Positions 1 through 8,337 of a stretch of DNA of 64,000 nucleotides are shown one piece after another; the first letter of the stretch is position 1, and each line of letters begins with the position of its first letter. The stretch lies in NCBI GenBank assembly GCA_963778115.1, contig CAVZSV010000004.1, forward strand, positions 1,760,001-1,824,000. Direction: 5' to 3'. Both the position numbers and the translations under genes were made by a program. The notes under the pieces were generated by a model that saw only the letters and a program-made list of their open reading frames with translations, searched no databases and had not been told where the DNA came from. The stretch is from an uncultured delta proteobacterium. GTDB lineage: Bacteria; Bdellovibrionota; FAC87; UBA2466.

Positions 1-454
1 CTTTTCCACCGCGAAGTAAAATGACATTGCCCGACTTTAGCGCAAGACCAAAAGCTTCCAAAGCCACGTTCGGACGAGATTCAAAGATCATTAGAATCAC
101 ACCAAGAGGGGATCGCACGCGACGCACTCGAATCCCGTTCGCAAGGATCCGCTGTTCCACCTCTTCATTGATGGGATCGGCAAGAGAGGCGACTTGGCGT
201 AAACCCGTAGCCGCTAATGCCAATCGTTCTTCGTTCAGTAAAAGCCTGTCGCGAAAAGCCGCTGTCGCCGTGGCCGCCAAAGCCTTTTGGTCAGCGCAAT
301 TGGCGGCAATAATCTCCGCTTTCCTATCGGAAAGAAGTTTCGCGACCGATAAAAGCACCTGATTTCTCGTCAATAAATCGGTTTGGCGTAACTCTCGAGC
401 AGCTTTTCGACAAGCCTCAAGTCGTTTTTGAAATTGCGGAGCGGATTCGCCCAT
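1..454 (-). CDS. proA: Gamma-glutamyl phosphate reductase, 5' part (runs off window start)
   Basis: Not in the ORF track; translated by hand. ATG at 454 overlaps the proB stop (TAATG). MGESAPQF...FRDRLLLNEERL...DPINEE...SPLGVILMIFESRPNV...LKSGNVILLRGGK are diagnostic ProA motifs. Confidence 0.95.
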   Translation of the reverse strand, partial: MGESAPQFQKRLEACRKAARELRQTDLLTRNQVLLSVAKLLSDRKAEIIAANCADQKALAATATAAFRDRLLLNEERLALAATGLRQVASLADPINEEVEQRILANGIRVRRVRSPLGVILMIFESRPNVALEAFGLALKSGNVILLRGGK

Positions 455-1257
455 TAGGACTTACCCCCGAGGCGGCTTCCCATACGTTCGCCGCTTGCAA
501 TCCGAAGAAGGGCGTTGGGGGCGTCCCCTTTGAGAAGCCAGGTTTCAATTCCCTGTTGGTTCGCTTCGCGCGCCGCAAGCAGCTTAGAGTACATGCCGCC
601 GGTGCCTCTGGAAGATCCGGCCTGCTTTCCGATCTTCTTTAACCAACTCTCGTCGATAAACGGAAGGTGAGCCACAAGCTTAGCGCGCGGATTCTTTGAA
701 GGGTTCGTATCATATAGCCCCTCTACGTCGGTTAAAATAACTAAGCGATCGGCTTTCATCATGCAGGCCACTTTGGCAGAAAGCGAATCGTTATCACCGA
801 ACTTAATCTCTTCAGTCGCCACCGCATCGTTCTCGTTAAGGATAGGTACTACTTTCCACTCTAAAAGTTTATTAAGTGTGATTTCTAGATTTCCTCGCCG
901 GGTTGCATCCCCCATATCCTCGTAGGTCAGTAAGATCTGAGCCCCGATCAACCCCACCGCCTGTAGCGAGAGATTGTATAGATCCATCAGTAGCGGCTGA
1001 CCGATAGCGCTTAGCGCCTGCTTTTCCACGAGCGAACGTTCACTCGCTCCTCGCTGCGTTCTCTCCACTGCGGAAGCAATCGCCCCCGAGGTCACCCATA
1101 TGATTTCAAAACCTTCTAAGGAAAGCTTCGCCACCTGTTGCATCCACGCTCTTAGAAGGAGGGGGCCCCCGGAACAGATTAGATTACTCCCTACCTTTAC
1201 CACCCAACGGCTGCGGGAAGGGCGCGAACCAAAACGCGTTTTTTTCATTTTAGTCAC
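454..1257 (-). CDS. proB: Glutamate 5-kinase, short form without PUA domain
   Basis: VVKVGS, VTSGAI, AIGQ, PILNENDAV, FGDNDSLSA, LTDVEGLY and GTGGMYSKL motifs; adjacent to proA. Confidence 0.96.
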   Translation of the reverse strand: MTKMKKTRFGSRPSRSRWVVKVGSNLICSGGPLLLRAWMQQVAKLSLEGFEIIWVTSGAIASAVERTQRGASERSLVEKQALSAIGQPLLMDLYNLSLQAVGLIGAQILLTYEDMGDATRRGNLEITLNKLLEWKVVPILNENDAVATEEIKFGDNDSLSAKVACMMKADRLVILTDVEGLYDTNPSKNPRAKLVAHLPFIDESWLKKIGKQAGSSRGTGGMYSKLLAAREANQQGIETWLLKGDAPNALLRIASGERMGSRLGGKS

Positions 1258-1330
1258 TGGGCAATCATAGTACTCACGTGACTCAACGGCAAATCTGCCT
1301 GAAGCTGGAAATCTGTGCTAAAAACTACCT

Positions 1331-1897
1331 ATGTCGAAGAAAACCTCAAAAACATTGCACGTAAAGCCCACTCAGTTCGCGATAGGGATGCTCGAAGTGA
1401 TTCGAAAAAAGAAAGATATCCTGTCTTTAAAGAAGAGGGAACTCAAGAAATACATTAACGACCATCCTATTGTGATCGTGGTGGCCCCCAATCGCGAGAA
1501 GTACATTATCGACGGACATCATCATGTAGCGGCCTTTTGGATGGCGGGAGTTAAGCAGATTCGAATCCATATTGAACAGGATTTCTCCCGGACGAAAATG
1601 TCTTACGAACGATTTTGGACCGTTATGAAAAAGAATAAATGGTGTCATCTGTACGACCGCTTCGGAGACGGTCCCAGAGATCCCATGTACCTTCCGTGGG
1701 ACATTCGAGGGCTATCCGACGACCCCTATCGAAGTCTCGCCTGGTTAGTGACCCTAGAAGGCTACTCTCCCGGAGAGGCCACTTTTGCCCAATTTCGATG
1801 GGCCAACCACTTTAGGAGAAAAAAAATATTTTCCCCTGAGTTTGATCTCGATTATGAGAAGGCGGTGAAAAAGGCGATTCGGCTGGTGAAAAAATAG
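1331..1897 (+). CDS. ParB-like nuclease domain protein (ParBc_2 family)
   Basis: PTQ..IG..EV, IIDGHHH and L.DDPYRSLAW / F.QF.WA motifs typical of the putative ParB-like family. Confidence 0.8.
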   Translation: MSKKTSKTLHVKPTQFAIGMLEVIRKKKDILSLKKRELKKYINDHPIVIVVAPNREKYIIDGHHHVAAFWMAGVKQIRIHIEQDFSRTKMSYERFWTVMKKNKWCHLYDRFGDGPRDPMYLPWDIRGLSDDPYRSLAWLVTLEGYSPGEATFAQFRWANHFRRKKIFSPEFDLDYEKAVKKAIRLVKK

Positions 1898-2145
1898 ACA
1901 GCGAAAGACGCCCGTTCCTTCCATTTATTTGGACGAAAGCTTATGCCAAGATCTCTTCGATTTATTGGCGAGTGTAAATCCTAACAACCGACCAAGTCCC
2001 GTCCGAACCCCGTTTGCGTTACCCAAAATTACATCCCCTATGATTCCTGCGGTTATTGGTGCTGCTAAGCTCCATTTTGTAACCACACGTCTGTAAAAAC
2101 TTTACGTAACTCGTCGCGCCATTTTGAAAAACGAGCCTGCTGTTT

Positions 2146-2161
2146 TGGTCATGTAATTGCA
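2146..2161 (+). promoter_or_regulatory. Predicted sigma54 (-24/-12) promoter
   Basis: TGGTCATGTAATTGCA has GG(2147-48)-N10-GC(2159-60) with TTGC, about 57 nt upstream of ATG 2218. A strong SD (GAGGAG) precedes the ATG. Confidence 0.6.
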
Positions 2162-2217
2162 CAAGCCTTCCCCGATCCGAGGGGATCAATCAATCAATTT
2201 AAGAGGAGAGGATTTAG

Positions 2218-3444
2218 ATGAAACAGCTGTTTTTTGTGCCGTTGGCACTTCTAGCCGCGCTGGGAATTTCAAGCCCCGGTTTTACGGCAGAGAGTGCTGA
2301 TAGCATTTCCAAGAGTGACCTCACGACAAGTACGGTTCCGATAGATCAAATTCGGCTAGTCGACGAAAGTGTCGTGGTAACCCCAAATGAAGCAGCCCAG
2401 CCCGCTGAAGCTCCCCGTGGTGGCGGTGGTGGTCATGGCGGCGGCGGCGGTGGTGGTCATGGCGGCGGCGGTGGTGGTGGTCATGGCGGCGGCGGCGGTG
2501 GTGGTGGTCATGGCGGCGGCGGTGGTGGTGGTCATGGCGGCGGCGGCGGTGGTGGTCATGGCGGCGGCGGTGGTGGTGGTCATGGCGGCGGCGGCGGACA
2601 TCATGGTGGTGGCGGAGCCGGTGGCGGCGGACATCACGGTGGTGGGGGAGCCGGTGGCGGCGGACATCATGGCGGTGGGGGAGCCGGTGGCGGCGGACAT
2701 CACGGTGGTGGGGGAGCCGGTGGCGGCGGACATCACGGTGGTGGGGGAGCCGGTGGCGGCGGACATCACGGCGGTGGGGGACATCATGGCGGTGGCGGAA
2801 TCGGAACTATCTATCCTCCTCCAACGTGCGTTCTCACGGCCAGTACGACAAATATCGAAATCGGACAACCTGTAGTTATCAATCTTCAGGCTAGCGGATA
2901 TGTATCGTCAGCCTCTATTGATAATCAGGAAGTTTCCGTACCAACGGGATCGGTTACTTACACTCCGGCCACGGCGGGAACCTTCACCAGTCAAGGGACT
3001 GTGAGCGGACCCGGCGGATACGGAACTTGTACGGTCACCTATACGGTAAGTGCCTTCCAAGTGGGCGAAACCGTAATGACGATCGCAGCGGCCAGTCTCT
3101 ACACGGGAACCACGATCGTGGGTTCCGTGCAAGCGGGCGCGACCTATCAAATCGCGGCGATCCAAGGAGCCTGGGTATCGTTGAAACAGGCGGACGGAAC
3201 CGTTCTTCCCGGTTGGATCCAAGCATCTGACCTTGAGGTTGCGCCTCTTGCGGTTGGCGATACTGTCACCACGATCGCACCGGCGAGTCTGTACACGGGA
3301 ACTCAAGTGATGGGTTCCGTGCAAGCGGGCGCGACATACCAGATCGCTAGTATCCAAGGAGAATGGGCATCGCTGAAACAAGCCGATGGAACCGTTCTTC
3401 CTGGGTGGATTCAGGTATCCGACCTGCAGAGAGTAAATCAATAA
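2218..3444 (+). CDS. Secreted Gly/His-rich repeat protein with an Ig-like domain and two SH3b-like repeats
   Basis: Signal peptide, acidic pro-region ending APR, a ~127-aa G/H/A tract, a PPPTC...GPGG.GTC Ig-like module, then two ~63-aa repeats (W.SLKQADGTVLPGWIQ.SDL). Confidence 0.85.
   Translation: MKQLFFVPLALLAALGISSPGFTAESADSISKSDLTTSTVPIDQIRLVDESVVVTPNEAAQPAEAPRGGGGGHGGGGGGGHGGGGGGGHGGGGGGGGHGGGGGGGHGGGGGGGHGGGGGGGHGGGGGHHGGGGAGGGGHHGGGGAGGGGHHGGGGAGGGGHHGGGGAGGGGHHGGGGAGGGGHHGGGGHHGGGGIGTIYPPPTCVLTASTTNIEIGQPVVINLQASGYVSSASIDNQEVSVPTGSVTYTPATAGTFTSQGTVSGPGGYGTCTVTYTVSAFQVGETVMTIAAASLYTGTTIVGSVQAGATYQIAAIQGAWVSLKQADGTVLPGWIQASDLEVAPLAVGDTVTTIAPASLYTGTQVMGSVQAGATYQIASIQGEWASLKQADGTVLPGWIQVSDLQRVNQ
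2419..2799 (+). repeat. Coding tandem repeat: ~24-nt G5-8H units followed by 5 x 33-nt GGGGAGGGGHH units
   Basis: Units such as ggcggcggcggcggtggtggtcat, then ggtggtgggggagccggtggcggcggacatcac read directly; unit lengths are multiples of 3. Confidence 0.95.
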
Positions 3445-3513
3445 GTCTTATCAGGGCCGAGACGCAATTGAACTTGGCCTTTGAGTGGACTAGCTTCTCA
3501 GCGTCAGCTACAC

Positions 3514-3549
3514 CTACCCGGAGGGGGCAACCTCTCCGGGTAGATTTTT
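3514..3549 (+). terminator. Intrinsic terminator / attenuator-like hairpin
   Basis: CTACCCGGAGGGG-GCAA-CCTCTCCGGGTAG forms a 13-bp stem with one G.U pair and a GNRA loop, followed by ATTTTT. Confidence 0.75.
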
Positions 3550-3555
3550 ATTGGT

Positions 3556-4077
3556 ATGAGAATGCGGAGTAAGCAAAAAATATGGCTCTCCCTGGCTGTA
3601 GTCCAATTGGGGTTAGCCGTGTGCGGAGCCGCCCATTTTCCTTGGTGGAAGCTGGGTGGCGTCGGAAGATGGATTCAACAGTACGGCGTATTTACGGGAT
3701 CCAGTAGCGTCTTTAATTTTTTTGCCCCTTCTGTCGGACAATCCACTCGGGCGGAGTTCGATCTTTACGACAAAAACGATAGATTCTTAGCCACCGATCA
3801 CCTTCCCGTCGGCCCCTCCCACGAGGCCAACCTGAGGGCAGTCAATATCGTGGAATTTATTACGAACGATTTAGAGGACAACAATAGCCGACATCTGCTT
3901 TCGGCATCTTGGGTAGCTAAAATGTTTGCTCGCCATCCGGAAGCTTCCTTCATTGTTCTTAGAGTAGAAACGTTCGATGTTCCGTACATGGAAGATTATC
4001 GACGAGGAGAACGATCCACATGGCAAACCGTCTACCGAGCGAAGTTCGCACGAGAAAAGGCGCCCAGTCGTGGCTAA
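3556..4077 (+). CDS. Membrane-anchored partner of an HTTM protein (SdpA/DUF5819-like)
   Basis: N-terminal TM helix, F.FFAP motif, and overlap with the downstream HTTM gene, matching the SdpA/SdpB-type arrangement. Confidence 0.55.
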   Translation: MRMRSKQKIWLSLAVVQLGLAVCGAAHFPWWKLGGVGRWIQQYGVFTGSSSVFNFFAPSVGQSTRAEFDLYDKNDRFLATDHLPVGPSHEANLRAVNIVEFITNDLEDNNSRHLLSASWVAKMFARHPEASFIVLRVETFDVPYMEDYRRGERSTWQTVYRAKFAREKAPSRG

Positions 4078-4984
4078 GGTACCGAAGCAGATCCAAGATT
4101 TCTTTTTCTTGCCGGCTTCGCCCTTTCCGCTCGCTGTAATCCGAATTGGGCTTGCGGTCTTATTACTCGTTCAAGCAATTTTATGCTCCAGCCTTTTTTT
4201 TGAATGGTACAGCACTCAAGGAATCCTCCAAAGCCACATTGGAGAACAGTTCGGAGCGTGGGGGGTTCCCCAGACGACTCAAATCGTTCAGCTCACTTCA
4301 CATTGGGGATTTTCAGAGCGAACGACACTTTTCGCTTTAGCAGCCGTGTACTTGATAAGTCTTCTCAGCTTTCTCGTAGGATTCATGACACGCATATCGG
4401 CGGCTATTTTGTGGATGATGCATCTGATTTTCGCACGCGGACACTTCACCAGTTACGGCGTTGATCTATTTGCCCACATCACTCTTTTTTATTCCATCTT
4501 CATGCCCTTCGGCGATACGCTCTCGTTTGATTCTCTTTTAAAGAAAACAAAGGCGAAGAGCTGGGAGGCGCGCCTGTCTCTTCGCGTACTCCAACTTCAC
4601 CTCTGCATCGCTTATATGGCGACGGGAATCGAAAAAGTTCTGGGCGAACAGTGGAGGAATGGAGATGCGATTTGGCGCTCTTTAATGCTTCCCACCTACC
4701 AGCAGTTCGACTGCAGCTTGCTAGCGTTCTTTCCCCATGTGGCGTGGTTGCTGGGGTGGGGTACGCTACTGATTGAGATTGGGTACCCGTTCTTTATTTT
4801 TCCGAAACGAACACGGCTGCTATGGGTATTCGCCGTGGTCGTTCTTCATACCGGGATAGGAGTTTTTCTGGGGCTCCAACTTTTTGGCGTCCTAATGGCC
4901 TTACTTACCTTCTGTTGTTTTGGTCTATCAGCGGAAAAAGTGGTTTCCTCCTCCGATAACAGAGCCAGAAACTTGCGAAATTAA
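4070..4984 (+). CDS. HTTM-domain membrane protein (SdpB / vitamin K-dependent carboxylase-like TM domain)
   Basis: LAVIRIG, VGFMTR, YGVD, LSFD, LRVLQLHLCIAY..TGIEK...W.NG.A, TLLIE, LHTGI...LGL.LFG. Probable start is GTG 4070, overlapping the upstream stop (track start 3977). Confidence 0.85.
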   Translation: MAKVPKQIQDFFFLPASPFPLAVIRIGLAVLLLVQAILCSSLFFEWYSTQGILQSHIGEQFGAWGVPQTTQIVQLTSHWGFSERTTLFALAAVYLISLLSFLVGFMTRISAAILWMMHLIFARGHFTSYGVDLFAHITLFYSIFMPFGDTLSFDSLLKKTKAKSWEARLSLRVLQLHLCIAYMATGIEKVLGEQWRNGDAIWRSLMLPTYQQFDCSLLAFFPHVAWLLGWGTLLIEIGYPFFIFPKRTRLLWVFAVVVLHTGIGVFLGLQLFGVLMALLTFCCFGLSAEKVVSSSDNRARNLRN

Positions 4985-5223
4985 GATCTCCTTGTAGCAA
5001 CTTCCGGCCCCTCCACTTTTTTTATTAGGCACGTTAGAGGAATTAAATTTTCCCACTCAGCCCCAAAACTGAAACGCAAGGATGCTCATCCGCCTATAGT
5101 TCAATTCGACGTTACCGGTTTTTCACAGAACTGACGTTTCGTTACGGAATTTCCCTGAATAATCAGAGGGGTTTATATTTTTGGGCACTATTACCTTGAT
5201 CCTAATTTGAGATCTGCCCTAAG

Positions 5224-5907
5224 ATGCGCGTCCGAATGAAATCCGTATTTACGAATAGAAAAAAGCGGATCGCGACCGCGTTGCTCTGCCTTTTGTTGGG
5301 AACCTCGTCGGCTTATGGCTGGGACATTAAAGATCTCATTGAGTCGCTTAAGGCCCGATGCATGAAAAGGATCATTCGAATTGCCCTAGCGTTACATCCT
5401 GAAGAGCTGGTTCCCAAGTCGATGCCTCAAAAGGACGAAGGGCTATTCTCGCTGCTACTAGAAAACAATAAAGATGTCTCGCTTCAAGCCGAGCCGATGA
5501 ACTTCAAAGACGGGACCACGGGAAAATTCTTGTTACTTGCCAATCACCTTGTCACCCAACTGCCGAAGGGTTCTGTGCTCTGGGACTTAGAAGGCCGGCC
5601 CCACCTCACCGGCTCTGAGGAACTTAATCTTCAAGGCCCCACGGATTTTATTTACGGCATTAGAAGTTATGACGAAGGACAAGGATGGTATGCGAAATTT
5701 AAGGGCCGCTCCGGCGCTACCGTTCAAAGTGAACCTATTCTCTTCGAAGACGGAACCGAAGGTAAGTTTATGCTGCTTTCACCGCGACTCTTGAACGAAT
5801 TACCGGAAGGGGCCGTGGTATGGGATGCGGGAGGATCCGCGCATCTGATCGGTTCGATGCCGCTGCCCTCCCATCTTTTCGGTCTTCGACCCGAAGGCAG
5901 AATCTAA
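5224..5907 (+). CDS. Secreted hypothetical protein with an internal domain duplication
   Basis: Signal peptide; two copies of Q.EP..F.DGT.GKF.LL...L..LP.G.V.WD..G..HL.GS. Confidence 0.7.
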   Translation: MRVRMKSVFTNRKKRIATALLCLLLGTSSAYGWDIKDLIESLKARCMKRIIRIALALHPEELVPKSMPQKDEGLFSLLLENNKDVSLQAEPMNFKDGTTGKFLLLANHLVTQLPKGSVLWDLEGRPHLTGSEELNLQGPTDFIYGIRSYDEGQGWYAKFKGRSGATVQSEPILFEDGTEGKFMLLSPRLLNELPEGAVVWDAGGSAHLIGSMPLPSHLFGLRPEGRI

Positions 5908-5977
5908 AACGGTTCATTTTTCGACTTGAGGAGAGCAGCCGTTACTCCGACTGCCCTCCCTCAATGTAGAACGGAAA

Positions 5978-6808
5978 CTACTTCTTGGACATATTGCTAC
6001 TGCCATAGACTACGTACGAGGCGTCGGTCGCGATAGCATCGCAACCGAAGGGAATTTCGATATAGCCCCCATATTGAGATCCGGGAATCTTCTCTCCCCA
6101 GCTCTCACCCCAGGAATTTTTTACATACCAAGTCCCATTGGTGTTGTTCCATCCTACAATCGTAACGAGATGATCGATTTCGGTGTCACTACAGTCTTGG
6201 TAAATACCACCCGAGTAGGAATCCCAACCACTGGCGGCGACGTCCACCGCAACCGCACCATATTGGAGGATAGCGGCTTGGATATCTTGCGTCGTGGGTG
6301 AGCCTCCGTCGGTTCCAATGTTCGACCACGAGATAGGCTTAGCCGCAAACGTGGACGGTTGGCCATCGGGGCATCCGGAACCCACACCCGTGTACGGGCA
6401 AGCCGAGTCCAGGACGAGACCATTTTGGACCATGAAGTCTCCCGCGAAGTTACCGCCGTTGCATCCATCGCTTTCAGGATCGTAGGCAGTGACCTCTTCT
6501 TCCGAGAGGACGACATTTGATTTTCCAAACATCAACGCGGAATAATCTAAAGTCATCGTGCTGGCGAATGCCCAGCAAGATCCGCATTGTCCTTGATCTC
6601 TTGTCGGAGGCTCAAAGCCATTGGCCGGCAACGAATAGGTCGTGGGAATAGTACCGTGGAAGTGTGGTTTCACGAAGGGAGCTTTGGCTAGACCAAAGGC
6701 CTGAGTTTTTTTGAAGCCTCGACCATGCTTAATGAGCGTGAAATTTTCCCCATAAGCATGTACCGACAATACCGACAGCAGGGACAGTAAAACAATCATG
6801 TTTTTCAT
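5978..6808 (-). CDS. Secreted papain-family (C1A) cysteine protease
   Basis: DQGQCGSCWAF, GCNGG, DHLVTIVGW and KNSWGESWGE catalytic motifs; signal peptide. Confidence 0.95.
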   Translation of the reverse strand: MKNMIVLLSLLSVLSVHAYGENFTLIKHGRGFKKTQAFGLAKAPFVKPHFHGTIPTTYSLPANGFEPPTRDQGQCGSCWAFASTMTLDYSALMFGKSNVVLSEEEVTAYDPESDGCNGGNFAGDFMVQNGLVLDSACPYTGVGSGCPDGQPSTFAAKPISWSNIGTDGGSPTTQDIQAAILQYGAVAVDVAASGWDSYSGGIYQDCSDTEIDHLVTIVGWNNTNGTWYVKNSWGESWGEKIPGSQYGGYIEIPFGCDAIATDASYVVYGSSNMSKK

Positions 6809-7037
6809 ATTTCCCTCACTTTAGGTTAACGTTAGCTTTGATTGTATCTAGCGCAGGGAACTTATCGTGATGGCGAACCAGAACGTAATAACAAGTGATA
6901 CGACCTCAGTTTAAAGATAAGAATATCCGCTCGTAACAGATGATAAGGGATTCGGCTGATCCCCGAGCGAAGAATTCGGTCCATTGTTATCCTAAAGTTT
7001 CTAGACGAAAATGAGCTTTGAAAACGTTCGCTTTCTT

Positions 7038-7775
7038 CTACTGCTCGCAAACGGGTGCCGCCGACGAACAGATAGAGGGAACCGAGAAAGATGTTGGATC
7101 GGGAACCCCGGTCTTATAGTTCGAAAAATTCTGTTGCACCCACCCTGAAATGACCGGAAACCAGAAAGCCGCCGGAAGATTTCCTTCTTTATAAAAGCCG
7201 TAGCCAAAAGGTCCTGGAAGAGGAATATCCAAGAGAAACCAATTGGTTGGTTTCTCTGCTAACGGCATCTCCTTTTCAAATCCCATGTTAGCGATAACGT
7301 CCGGTCGTGGAGCCCAAAATCCCTCTTTACTCCACAGGCAGCAAGAGGTCGGCTGATTGAGATCTTGATTGGCAAAGCGAACCAGAAAAGTCTGATCTTT
7401 ATTGCTGATAAATTGGCAGGCAAAATCTCTTCCCGACGAGAAAATATCGATGCACTTGTCGCGGTAAATCTCTGTCATACTCTGTCGTTTCCAGTCGTAA
7501 TAGGTCACTCCTCGTAAAACGTCATTCGGTTGAGGGGGTACCGAAAACGGAGGGTTCTGCTGCGAAACGAATTCCACCATCGACCATTCCATGGAAAACT
7601 GCTCCTGCAGAAGAGGAGCTGCTGCCTCTGATTTGGGGGAAACGGCTGGTGTATTGCCATGGCACTGTAAACACCGATCTTCATCATGTGAAGAAGCGGT
7701 GACGGGCCAGGCGATAAGAGGCGAAGTCACTGTGAGACAAAAAAGGAAAACGAGTTTTAAAATTCCCCACCACAT
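7038..7775 (-). CDS. Secreted protein with a CxxCH motif and an ependymin/LolA/VioE-like domain
   Basis: Signal peptide, CLQCH, then PLL...F..EW, G.TYYDW, CC and a C-terminal F.NY..G.PDP..F.VP..C. Confidence 0.55.
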   Translation of the reverse strand: MWWGILKLVFLFCLTVTSPLIAWPVTASSHDEDRCLQCHGNTPAVSPKSEAAAPLLQEQFSMEWSMVEFVSQQNPPFSVPPQPNDVLRGVTYYDWKRQSMTEIYRDKCIDIFSSGRDFACQFISNKDQTFLVRFANQDLNQPTSCCLWSKEGFWAPRPDVIANMGFEKEMPLAEKPTNWFLLDIPLPGPFGYGFYKEGNLPAAFWFPVISGWVQQNFSNYKTGVPDPTSFSVPSICSSAAPVCEQ

Positions 7776-7825
7776 TTCTTACGTTTAACAGAATGCCCTT
7801 GGACCGGGCAAGGAGGTTTCGATTT

Positions 7826-8287
7826 CTACCCGCGTTTCACGCGATTGATAATCTGGTCCAATCGACTTAAGAACTCCGATCGATATTTCGGCTTCATCGG
7901 TTTCGGACCGAGGTTCATCTCCCCCATTTGTCTTAGCTGCGTCATTAACTCTCTTGTAGCTAAGAGCTCGCCGATGGTATCGGGAGTAATCTCTCGCCCT
8001 CGTGTATCGAGAACGTTGGCTTGCTTTTCTAAAGCCTTTGCCGAAAAAAGAAGATCGTTAGTGATGACAATATCATTAGGTACGACATGCTCGTAGATCC
8101 AGTTGTCCACAGAATCAAAATCTTTTCCTACCACAATGGGCTTAATCCAGCTGGCTTTGGGAATTCGAAGCTCGCTATTGCAGACCATAAAGACGTTGAG
8201 ATCGTACCTCTTAGCTACTCGGTAGATCTCCTCTTTAAAGGGACAGCCGTCGCCATCGACGTAGATATCGGGATTCCGTGCGGTCAT
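7826..8287 (-). CDS. yaiI: YaiI/YqxD family (UPF0178) protein
   Basis: IYVDGDGCP.KEEI, D.VD.WI, DIVITND, and G...GP motifs. Confidence 0.9.
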   Translation of the reverse strand: MTARNPDIYVDGDGCPFKEEIYRVAKRYDLNVFMVCNSELRIPKASWIKPIVVGKDFDSVDNWIYEHVVPNDIVITNDLLFSAKALEKQANVLDTRGREITPDTIGELLATRELMTQLRQMGEMNLGPKPMKPKYRSEFLSRLDQIINRVKRG

Positions 8288-8337
8288 TGCCCTACTAATA
8301 GAGCATTTAGGGGATGAAATCCATGGGATCTTACCGA

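Noticed and set aside
21..362. 113-aa plus-strand ORF
   Set aside because: Antisense shadow of proA, which is clearly encoded on the minus strand.
1331..1897. ParB protein as a sign of a plasmid, partition locus or defence system
   Set aside because: It is a standalone ParBc_2-type domain with no parA, HTH, parS or defence partner.
2356..2875. Ala/Val-rich and Thr/Ala-rich ORFs in other frames; possible CRISPR-like array
   Set aside because: These are alternative-frame readings of the Gly/His codon repeat. The units are contiguous with no unique spacers, and there are no cas genes.
3060..3430. ~190-bp direct repeat as a possible mobile-element end or DGR template/variable repeat pair
   Set aside because: Both copies are in frame in one CDS, differences are not adenine-specific and are often synonymous, and there is no reverse transcriptase. 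It is a domain duplication.
6862..7050. 62-aa ORF between the papain and CxxCH genes
   Set aside because: No motif, atypical composition, and it overlaps the upstream gene end.
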